Assembly: GCA_965216465.1 (NCBI GenBank)
Contig: CBDCFW010000005.1
Coordinates: forward strand, 32,001 to 96,000
DNA: 64,000 bases
Source of the DNA: Bacteroidia bacterium
GTDB taxonomy: Bacteria > Bacteroidota > Bacteroidia > NS11-12g > UBA9320
Direction: 5' to 3'
Shown: in pieces, positions 48,801 through 59,400 of the stretch
Layout of the letters: each line of letters starts with the position of its first letter
Numbering within the stretch: position 1 is the first letter of the stretch
Notes under the pieces: model-generated
The model's input: the letters and a program-made list of their open reading frames with translations, nothing else
What the model was told of the DNA's origin: nothing
Databases searched by the model: none
Made by a program: the position numbers and the translations under genes

Positions 48801-49187
48801 TTAAGTGCAAAGGATAATAATTACGATATAACTTTAGAAGATATAGAAGTCAAGACTGCCGAAATTCCAGGATGGCAAATTATGTCGGATGGAACATATA
48901 CAGTAGCACTAGACTTAGAGATCGACGAAGAGTTAAAACAAGAGGGTATTGCTAGAGAGCTTGTTAATAAGATACAAAATCTTAGAAAAGATAAGGATTT
49001 TGAAGTAACAGATAAAATTAGCGTAATAATAGCTGAACACCCATATACCAACGATGCAATCAATGCCTTTAATGAGTATATTTGCGGGGAAATTTTGGCA
49101 AACAGCATAACTACACAAGGCAATATTGATGGTTCAGACCAAGTTGATATTGACGGGAACCTGATTTCAATTAACCTTAAAAAATAA
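45882..49187 (+). CDS. ileS: Isoleucine--tRNA ligase (type 2)
   Basis: EGPPSANGMPGIHH, GWDTHGLP, WTTTPWTLP, KMSKS; TACCTTTG at 45843-45850. Confidence 0.97.
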   Translation: MANAKKFNQYKQLNVPATEKEVLKYWKENNVFEQSVSNRSKDNTFVFYEGPPSANGMPGIHHVISRSIKDVFCRYKTLKGFRVERKAGWDTHGLPIELQVEKKLGITKDDIGKKISIKDYNAACREDVLKFKDKWDDLTEKIGYWVDLDNPYVTYENEYIESVWNLLKRLHEKGFLYKGHTIQPYSPAAGTGLSSHELNQPGTYKDVKDTTIVAQFKLSNPSATGLDFDWGDTFCLAWTTTPWTLPSNTALGIGPKIDYVAVKTFNPYTHKKITVVLASKLMSKYFPSKNEALALDDYKEGDKAIPFEIVKEFKGAELVGQSYEQLMPYQQPTDGKAFEIIAANFVTTEDGTGIVHLAPSFGSDDYIAAKQNGIGSLTLVDKQGKFVDGVGEFSGLYVKNYKEEDENAEGYLPTDVKIAIRLKTDNKAFKVEKYVHSYPHCWRTDKPILYYPLESWFIKTTAVKDRLIELNKTINWKPASTGEGRFGNWLENLVDWNLSRSRYWGTPLPIWRTQDGNTEKCIGSVEELRSEVQKAVEAGLMPENTIDENFDLHRPYIDDIILVSDSGEEMHRETDLIDVWFDSGAMPYAQLHYPFENKDLVDSRSNYPADFIAEGVDQTRGWFFTLHAISVMLNDSVAYKNVMANGLVQDKNGNKMSKSKGNTIDPFMAVEKYGADVIRWYMLSNAAPWDNLKFDLDGLVETQRKFFGTLHNTYGFFALYANIDGFVNSEESIPLTERAELDRWILSKLNSLTQLVEESMDDYEPTKATRAIQSFVLDDLSNWYVRLNRRRFWKGEMSQDKIAAYQTLHYCLETIAKLMCAFSPFYADQLYRDLRFTNSSIHLEDFPAINKAWINKELEKQIEISQKITSLILRIRKMEGIKVRQPLLKAIVPALNSEFADNLAKVKDVIMSEVNIKEIEIIDGDSDIIKKSAKPNFKVLGPKVGGDMKMISGQIFGLNNDQISDLEKGGSITLSAKDNNYDITLEDIEVKTAEIPGWQIMSDGTYTVALDLEIDEELKQEGIARELVNKIQNLRKDKDFEVTDKISVIIAEHPYTNDAINAFNEYICGEILANSITTQGNIDGSDQVDIDGNLISINLKK

Positions 49188-49193
49188 AATACG

Positions 49194-49574
49194 ATGAAAG
49201 AGACCTTAAGATATAGCGACGCAGACTTAGCAGAATTCAAGGAAATTATCCTTAAAAAATTAGCTAGTGCAAAAGAAGAATTCCATTACCTAACTGATCA
49301 AATTAAGCATGAGAATGTTAACGGAACAGATGATACGGGTAGTGCATATGTTGCGATTGATGACGGTAGTGCTTCTCAACAAAAAGAAAGTGTAAGTCAA
49401 TTGGCTTCAAGACAACAGAAGTTCATTGACAATTTAGAAACTGCACTTGTGCGTGTTGAGAATAAAACTTACGGAATCTGCAGAGTAACCGGAAAACTGA
49501 TCAGCAAGGAAAGACTTCGTGCTGTTCCACATACTACTCAAAGTATCGAAGCTAAGAAAAACCAATACAAATAA
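49194..49574 (+). CDS. dksA: TraR/DksA family protein
   Basis: ALVRVENKTYGICRVTGKLISKERLRAVPH; ileS-dksA-lspA synteny. Confidence 0.85.
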   Translation: MKETLRYSDADLAEFKEIILKKLASAKEEFHYLTDQIKHENVNGTDDTGSAYVAIDDGSASQQKESVSQLASRQQKFIDNLETALVRVENKTYGICRVTGKLISKERLRAVPHTTQSIEAKKNQYK

Positions 49575-49575
49575 T

Positions 49576-50214
49576 TTGGAATCTCCTGCGGCAAAAAATA
49601 GAAAAATGGTATGGCTGGTACTGTTAACGGTACTTGTCGTGCTCTTTTTAGACCAGTGGCTTAAGTTTTATATTAAGACTACATTTACACTTGGTGAGAG
49701 CAGAACCGTATTTGCTGACTGGTTTGAACTACACTTTACTGAAAATCCAGGAATGGCCTTTGGCTTAAGCTTTGGCGGCGATTGGGGTAAAATTGCATTA
49801 ACCGTATTTCGCTTAATTGCTTCTGGATTGATCATTTACTATATCTATTCTTTAATTAAAGAGAAAGCTAAACCCGCACTAATTGTTCTGGTCTCTTTAA
49901 TTCTTGCTGGAGCTCTTGGGAATATTATCGATTCATTATTTTATGGTGTGGTATTTAGTACAAGCTACTACCATGAAGTTGCTCAATTTATGCCTGCTGA
50001 CGGAGGGTATGCTCCTTTGTTCATGGGTAAGGTAGTTGACATGTTGTACTTTCCATTAATTGACACTTTTTGGCCAGAATGGATGCCATTTGTAGGCGGA
50101 GAGCGTTTTCAGTTCTTTCGACCAGTATTTAACATTGCCGATGCTGCAATCAGTATTGGTGTCTTTCTAATTATCGTTTTCAGAAATTTTCTTTTCACTA
50201 AAAGTGTAGATTAA
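49576..50214 (+). CDS. lspA: Lipoprotein signal peptidase
   Basis: DQWLK, ENPGMAFG, GALGNIID, VVDM, FNIADAAI; start TTG 49576 or ATG 49606. Confidence 0.95.
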   Translation: MESPAAKNRKMVWLVLLTVLVVLFLDQWLKFYIKTTFTLGESRTVFADWFELHFTENPGMAFGLSFGGDWGKIALTVFRLIASGLIIYYIYSLIKEKAKPALIVLVSLILAGALGNIIDSLFYGVVFSTSYYHEVAQFMPADGGYAPLFMGKVVDMLYFPLIDTFWPEWMPFVGGERFQFFRPVFNIADAAISIGVFLIIVFRNFLFTKSVD

Positions 50215-50411
50215 TCCTCGTTTATTCTTCTTGTAAAGCCCCTGCTTTTCACAACTCGAATTGGCTGATTTATAGAGATTACTAAAAAAATAATAACATA
50301 TTTTTTTTGATTTTTTAAAGTCAGAAACTTACTTTCGTTTAAAATTGCTTGAGAAAAGTATCGTTAGCGATTACGATTCTTGGGCACTAATTGAACCTAA
50401 CCTTATTAATT

Positions 50412-53400
50412 ATGACTACCTTAAACAGGCTGTTTTTGGCATGTCTAGTTGTCGGAATGTTCTTATTTCTACCGACAGCCACACATGGCCAAACATCACA
50501 ACAAACTCCGACTCTAAAATCGATCAATCTTCCTTTTAATCTCGACGGTTACGTTGAAAGACAATCATCACTTTATGGTGACTGGACAAATGCAAATTTC
50601 TCCAATGGTCTTGACAGTGGATCTGTATTTGAAGATGACGGAACAGCGAAGATTATTCCATTAACATTTCATGTACACGATTCGTTCAACACTCCTATGA
50701 GTGGAACCGATGACGTGTTTGACGGGGGTAACAAGACCAATGCTGACCCAACAACTTGGGGATGGAAACTTGGTAACGTTCCTAACAAGGATGAGATGAA
50801 TAATGCAAACCTGCATTTCTCAGAGGCCGTCTCAAACGACGACATCTGGGTTGTAATGGCAGGTGACCGTTTTACAACAAACGGTACAAGTTATATCGAC
50901 TTTGAGTTTTATCAAAATCGATTAACCGCTCACCCTCCTGTCGGATCGACCAATGGTTATTTCTCCACGGCCGGCCCAGATTGTGGTAGAACGGTCGGTG
51001 ACCTCTTAATAACTGTTGAATATACCAATGGTGGTAGGGTCGACAGTATTTATTTCTATCGTTGGGCTTCCAGTACGTCTGCTTCATGCGGTTACGACTG
51101 GGAATCTTTTGTTATACCAGCTCAAAATGCTTTTGGATATGCAAACGACTCTATTATAGATGTTCCCTATACTGCTTTTGGAAATACCACATATACCGCC
51201 ATTCAGTTTGTTGAGGCAGCAATTAATATTTCTGAATTGGTAAAAGGGTCTTTATCTGTTGACTCTTGTACTGGTCTATATTTCGAAACTGTATTTGTTA
51301 AGACTAAAGCTTCTAATTCATATACAGCTGACTTGAAAGATATGATTGCTCCATTTCAATTGGAGTTGAATATTGGTGTTGCTCTAATTGAATATGACAG
51401 CTTTGTTTGTGCAGGTACTGGAACATATTCTCCAACTAACTCAGGTCCTTCTTCTACTGACGGAGGTACGTACTACTTACACCCAACCGGTTCTGGAGTT
51501 ACTATAAACAGTACCACCGGTGCTATTACGGTGGGTAATAATGCCTCAGGTACATACCGAATAATATATGAGTACGAACCGCGTCCAAACTGTACGAAGT
51601 TCGACACGGCCTATGTTGAAGTAGGTGCAACTTACGACATTACAACCTCACCAGTCACCGCCTGCGACAGTGCTCAGGTAGCTGGTACTTGGTATTATTC
51701 AAGTCAAGTTGTAGTTCAAAACCTGACTACGGTTCAAGGATGTGATAGTACAGTTTCTACTAATTTAACAATATTGCAATCTACTACAGGTACTCATTCT
51801 GCAACTGCATGTGATAGCTATACTTGGGATGGTACTACCTACACTACTTCTGGTAGTTACTCTAAAACCTACACCAATGCAGCGGGTTGTGACTCTGTTC
51901 ATACGTTAGTATTGACAATCAACTACTCGAACACAGGTACTAATTCAGTTACTGCATGTGATAGCTACACTTGGGATGGTTCTACATACACTACTTCTGG
52001 TAGTTACTCTAAAACTTATACCAACGTAGCGGGTTGTGATTCTGTTCATACTTTAGTATTGACAATCAACTACTCGAACACAGGTACTAATTCAGTTACT
52101 GCATGTGATAGCTACACTTGGGATGGTTCTACATACACTACTTCTGGTAGTTACTCGAAAACTTACACCAACGTAGCGGGTTGTGACTCTGTTCATACTC
52201 TAGTATTGACGATCAACTACTCGAACACAGGTACTAATTCAGTTACTGCATGTGATAGCTACACTTGGGATGGTTCTACATACACTACTTCTGGTAGTTA
52301 CTCGAAAACTTACACCAACGTAGCGGGTTGTGATTCTGTTCATACTTTAGTATTGACAATCAACTACTCAAACACTGGCACTAATTCAGTTACTGCATGT
52401 GATAGCTACACTTGGGATGGTTCTACATACACTACTTCTGGTAGTTACTCGAAAACTTACACCAACGTAGCGGGTTGTGATTCTGTTCATACTCTAGTAT
52501 TGACAATCAACTACTCTAACACTGGAACTAATTCAGTTACTGCATGTGATAGCTACACTTGGGATGGTTCTACCTACACTACTTCTGGTAGTTACTCGAA
52601 AACTTACACCAACGTAGCGGGTTGTGATTCTGTTCATACTTTAGTATTGACAATCAACTACTCAAACACAGGTACGAATTCAGTTACTGCATGTGATAGC
52701 TACACTTGGGATGGTTCTACATACACTACTTCTGGTAGTTACTCTAAAACTTACACCAACGTAGCGGGTTGTGATTCTGTTCATACTTTAGTATTGACAA
52801 TCAACTACTCGAACACAGGAACGAATTCAGTTACTGCATGTGATAGCTACACTTGGGATGGTTCTACCTACACTACTTCTGGTAGTTACTCTAAAACTTA
52901 CACCAACGTAGCGGGTTGTGATTCTGTTCATACTCTAGTATTGACAATCAACTACTCAAACACTGGTACTAATTCAGTTACTGCATGTGATAGCTACACT
53001 TGGGATGGTTCTACATACACTACTTCTGGTAGTTACTCGAAAACTTACACCAACGTAGCGGGTTGTGATTCTGTTCATACTTTAGTATTGACGATCAACT
53101 ACTCTAACACAGGAACTAATTCAGTTACTGCATGTGATAGCTACACTTGGGATGGTTCTACATACACTACTTCTGGTAGTTACTCGAAAACTTACACCAA
53201 CGTAGCGGGTTGTGATTCTGTTCATACTTTAGTATTGACAATCAACTACTCGAACACTGGTACTAATTCAGTTACTGCATGTGATAGCTACACTTGGGAT
53301 GGTTCTACATACACTACTTCTGGTAGTTACTCGAAAACTTACACCAACGTAGCGGGTTGTGATTCTGTTCATACTTTAGTATTGACAATCAACTACTCGA

Positions 53401-56400
53401 ACACAGGAACGAATTCAGTTACTGCATGTGATAGCTACACTTGGGATGGTTCTACATACACTACTTCTGGTAGTTACTCGAAAACTTACACCAACGTAGC
53501 GGGTTGTGATTCTGTTCATACTTTAGTATTGACGATCAACTACTCTAACACAGGAACTAATTCAGTTACTGCATGTGATAGCTACACTTGGGATGGTTCT
53601 ACATACACTACTTCTGGTAGTTACTCGAAAACTTACACCAACGTAGCGGGTTGTGATTCTGTTCATACTCTAGTATTGACGATCAACTACTCGAACACAG
53701 GTACTCATTCTGCAACTGCATGTGATAGCTATACTTGGGATGGTACTACCTACACTACTTCTGGTAGTTACTCTAAAACCTACACCAATGCAGCGGGTTG
53801 TGATTCTGTTCATACTTTAGTATTGACAATCAACTACTCGAACACAGGTACTAATTCAGTTACTGCATGTGATAGCTACACTTGGGATGGTTCTACATAC
53901 ACTACTTCTGGTAGTTACTCTAAAACTTATACCAACGTAGCGGGTTGTGATTCTGTTCATACTTTAGTATTGACAATCAACTACTCGAACACAGGTACTA
54001 ATTCAGTTACTGCATGTGATAGCTACACTTGGGATGGTTCTACATACACTACTTCTGGTAGTTACTCGAAAACTTACACCAACGTAGCGGGTTGTGACTC
54101 TGTTCATACTCTAGTATTGACAATCAACTACTCGAACACAGGTACGAATTCAGTTACTGCATGTGATAGCTATACTTGGGATGGTTCTACATACACTACT
54201 TCTGGTAGTTACTCGAAAACTTACACCAACGTAGCGGGTTGTGACTCTGTTCATACGTTAGTATTGACAATCAACTACTCTAACACAGGAACTAATTCAG
54301 TTACTGCATGTGATAGCTACACTTGGGATGGTTCTACATACACTACTTCTGGTAGTTACTCGAAAACTTACACCAACGTAGCGGGTTGTGACTCTGTTCA
54401 TACTTTAGTATTGACGATCAACTACTCAAACACTGGAACTAACTCAGTTACTGCATGTGATAGCTACACTTGGGATGGTTCTACATACACTACTTCTGGT
54501 AGTTACTCTAAAACTTACACCAACGTAGCGGGTTGTGACTCTGTTCATACGTTAGTATTGACAATCAACTACTCTAACACAGGTACTAACTCAGTTACTG
54601 CATGTGATAGCTACACTTGGGATGGTTCTACATACACTACTTCTGGTAGTTACTCGAAAACTTACACCAACGTAGCGGGTTGTGATTCTGTTCATACGTT
54701 AGTATTGACGATCAACTACTCTAACACAGGAACTAATTCAGTTACTGCATGTGATAGCTACACTTGGGATGGTTCTACATACACTACTTCTGGTAGTTAC
54801 TCGAAAACTTACACCAACGTAGCGGGTTGTGATTCTGTTCATACTTTAGTATTGACAATCAACTACTCGAACACTGGTACGAATTCAGTTACTGCATGTG
54901 ATAGCTACACTTGGGATGGTTCTACATACACTACTTCTGGTAGTTACTCGAAAACTTACACCAACGTAGCGGGTTGTGATTCTGTTCATACTTTAGTATT
55001 GACGATCAACTACTCGAACACAGGAACTAATTCAGTTACTGCATGTGATAGCTACACTTGGGATGGTTCTACATACACTACTTCTGGTAGTTACTCTAAA
55101 ACTTACACCAACGTAGCGGGTTGTGACTCTGTTCATACTTTAGTATTGACAATCAACTACTCGAACACTGGAACTAATTCAGTTACTGCATGTGATAGCT
55201 ACACTTGGGATGGTTCTACATACACTACTTCTGGTAGTTACTCGAAAACTTACACCAACGTAGCGGGTTGTGATTCTGTTCATACTTTAGTATTGACAAT
55301 CAACTACTCGAACACTGGAACTAATTCAGTTACTGCATGTGATAGCTACACTTGGGATGGTTCTACATACACTACTTCTGGTAGTTACTCGAAAACTTAC
55401 ACCAACGTAGCGGGTTGTGATTCTGTTCATACTTTAGTATTGACAATCAACTACTCGAACACAGGTACTAATTCAGTTACTGCATGTGATAGCTACACTT
55501 GGGATGGTTCTACATACACTACTTCTGGTAGTTACTCGAAAACTTACACCAACGTAGCGGGTTGTGACTCTGTTCATACTCTAGTATTGACAATCAACTA
55601 CTCGAACACAGGAACGAATTCAGTTACTGCATGTGATAGCTACACTTGGGATGGTTCTACCTACACTACTTCTGGTAGTTACTCGAAAACTTACACCAAC
55701 GTAGCGGGTTGTGATTCTGTTCATACTCTAGTATTGACAATCAACTACTCGAACACAGGAACGAATTCAGTTACTGCATGTGATAGCTACACTTGGGATG
55801 GTTCTACATACACTACTTCTGGTAGTTACTCGAAAACTTACACCAACGTAGCGGGTTGTGATTCTGTTCATACTTTAGTATTGACAATCAACTACTCAAA
55901 CACTGGTACGAATTCAGTTACTGCATGTGATAGCTACACTTGGGATGGTTCTACATACACTACTTCTGGTAGTTACTCGAAAACTTACACCAACGTAGCG
56001 GGTTGTGACTCTGTTCATACTCTAGTATTGACAATCAACTACTCGAACACAGGAACTAATTCAGTTACTGCATGTGATAGCTACACTTGGGATGGTTCTA
56101 CCTACACTACTTCTGGTAGTTACTCGAAAACTTACACCAACGTAGCGGGTTGTGATTCTGTTCATACTTTAGTATTGACAATCAACTACTCGAACACAGG
56201 AACTAATTCAGTTACTGCATGTGATAGCTACACTTGGGATGGTTCTACATACACTACTTCTGGTAGTTACTCGAAAACTTACACCAACGTAGCGGGTTGT
56301 GATTCTGTTCATACTTTAGTATTGACAATCAACTACTCGAACACAGGAACTAATTCAGTTACTGCATGTGATAGCTACACTTGGGATGGTTCTACATACA

Positions 56401-59400
56401 CTACTTCTGGTAGTTACTCTAAAACTTATACCAACGTAGCGGGTTGTGATTCTGTTCATACTTTAGTATTGACAATCAACTACTCGAACACAGGAACTAA
56501 TTCAGTTACTGCATGTGATAGCTACACTTGGGATGGTTCTACATACACTACTTCTGGTAGTTACTCGAAAACTTACACCAACGTAGCGGGTTGTGATTCT
56601 GTTCATACTTTAGTATTGACAATCAACTACTCGAACACAGGAACGAATTCAGTTACTGCATGTGATAGCTACACTTGGGATGGTTCTACCTACACTACTT
56701 CTGGTAGTTACTCGAAAACTTACACCAACGTAGCGGGTTGTGATTCTGTTCATACTCTAGTATTGACAATCAACTACTCAAACACTGGCACTAATTCAGT
56801 TACTGCATGTGATAGCTACACTTGGGATGGTTCTACATACACTACTTCTGGTAGTTACTCGAAAACTTACACCAACGTAGCGGGTTGTGATTCTGTTCAT
56901 ACTCTAGTATTGACAATCAACTACTCTAACACTGGAACTAATTCAGTTACTGCATGTGATAGCTACACTTGGGATGGTTCTACCTACACTACTTCTGGTA
57001 GTTACTCGAAAACTTACACCAACGTAGCGGGTTGTGATTCTGTTCATACTTTAGTATTGACAATCAACTACTCAAACACAGGTACGAATTCAGTTACTGC
57101 ATGTGATAGCTACACTTGGGATGGTTCTACATACACTACTTCTGGTAGTTACTCGAAAACTTACACCAACGTAGCGGGTTGTGATTCTGTTCATACTTTA
57201 GTATTGACAATCAACTACTCGAACACAGGTACGAATTCAGTTACTGCATGTGATAGCTACACTTGGGATGGTTCTACATACACTACTTCTGGTAGTTACT
57301 CTAAAACTTACACCAACGTAGCGGGTTGTGACTCTGTTCATACTTTAGTATTGACAATCAACTACTCGAACACTGGAACTAATTCAGTTACTGCATGTGA
57401 TAGCTACACTTGGGATGGTTCTACATACACTACTTCTGGTAGTTACTCGAAAACTTACACCAACGTAGCGGGTTGTGATTCTGTTCATACTTTAGTATTG
57501 ACGATCAACTACTCTAACACAGGAACTAATTCAGTTACTGCATGTGATAGCTACACTTGGGATGGTTCTACATACACTACTTCTGGTAGTTACTCGAAAA
57601 CTTACACCAACGTAGCGGGTTGTGATTCTGTTCATACTTTAGTATTGACAATCAACTACTCGAACACTGGTACTAATTCAGTTACTGCATGTGATAGCTA
57701 CACTTGGGATGGTTCTACATACACTACTTCTGGTAGTTACTCGAAAACTTACACCAACGTAGCGGGTTGTGATTCTGTTCATACTTTAGTATTGACAATC
57801 AACTACTCGAACACAGGAACTAATTCAGTTACTGCATGTGATAGCTACACTTGGGATGGTTCTACATACACTACTTCTGGTAGTTACTCGAAAACTTACA
57901 CCAACGTAGCGGGTTGTGATTCTGTTCATACTTTAGTATTGACGATCAACTACTCTAACACAGGAACTAATTCAGTTACTGCATGTGATAGCTACACTTG
58001 GGATGGTTCTACATACACTACTTCTGGTAGTTACTCGAAAACTTACACCAACGTAGCGGGTTGTGATTCTGTTCATACTCTAGTATTGACGATCAACTAC
58101 TCGAACACAGGTACTAATTCAGTTACTGCATGTGATAGCTACACTTGGGATGGTTCTACATACACTACTTCTGGTAGTTACTCTAAAACTTACACCAACG
58201 TAGCGGGTTGTGATTCTGTTCATACTTTAGTATTGACAATCAACTACTCGAACACAGGTACTAATTCAGTTACTGCATGTGATAGCTACACTTGGGATGG
58301 TTCTACATACACTACTTCTGGTAGTTACTCTAAAACTTACACCAACGTAGCGGGTTGTGATTCTGTTCATACTTTAGTATTGACAATCAACTACTCGAAC
58401 ACAGGTACTAATTCAGTTACTGCATGTGATAGCTACACTTGGGATGGTTCTACCTACACTACTTCTGGTAGTTACTCGAAAACTTACACCAACGCAGCGG
58501 GTTGTGATTCTGTTCATACTTTAGTATTGACAATCAACTACTCAAACACGGGTACTCATTCAGAAACTGCGTGTGACAGCTTTACTTGGGATGGTACCAC
58601 ATACTACACCAGTGGAAGCTATACGAATACTTACACCAATGCTGCAGGATGTGACTCTGTTCATACCCTAGTGTTGACTATCAATATTTCTCCTACAGTT
58701 ACTATGGACAGCTTAGATTGGGCTTGTACCAGCTATGATCCGTATGCACTTACAGGAGGATTGCCAGCAGGAGGTGTATATTCAGGTACTGGAGTGAACT
58801 CAAACACTGGAATCTTTGATCCTGAAGCTGCGGGTGAAGGAACACATACCATCACCTATACGTATACTGATGCCAATGGATGTACAGGTTATGACACAAC
58901 TACCATTGAAGTATACGTTTGTGGACCAACATACTGTACTCAAACACAAGGATTCTATGGACAAACAACAGGTAGAGCAACAAGTTGCGATTCAGCAAAA
59001 CGACTACAAGCAACTGCATTAATTGCAATGTTGATTCCACAGAATGATCCATTAATAATTGGAGACACTGCAGAAAGCTGCTCTGATAACTGGAGATCAT
59101 TTACAATTTATCATGGTGATTCATTAAATGTATCTGCAGTATTACCAGCAGGTGGACCTCAAACAGTTCTTGATGCAGTATCAGGAGGATGTAGTTCAAA
59201 TTCTGGAAGCAACAATTACTGGGGTACTAAATACAACTCTGAGTTTACCAACAATAAACTAGGAGAAATTAGTCCTAAGATTAAACAGAAAAAACGAACA
59301 ATGCGAATTCAAAACACCTTAGTGGGTCAAGCGATAGCTTTGAGTCTTAATGTTCGATTTGATGACAATTTAGGCGATTTAGTAATTGAAGGTGATTCGC

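Noticed and set aside
50284-50316. Poly-A/poly-T tracts upstream of the giant gene as a phase-variation switch
   Set aside because: Runs of 6-8 nt are ordinary in AT-rich intergenic DNA; no invertible repeats or recombinase nearby
51786-58694. 147-bp array as a CRISPR array or diversity-generating retroelement target
   Set aside because: No unique spacers, cas genes or reverse transcriptase; the variation is synonymous, not adenine-specific, and lies inside one ORF
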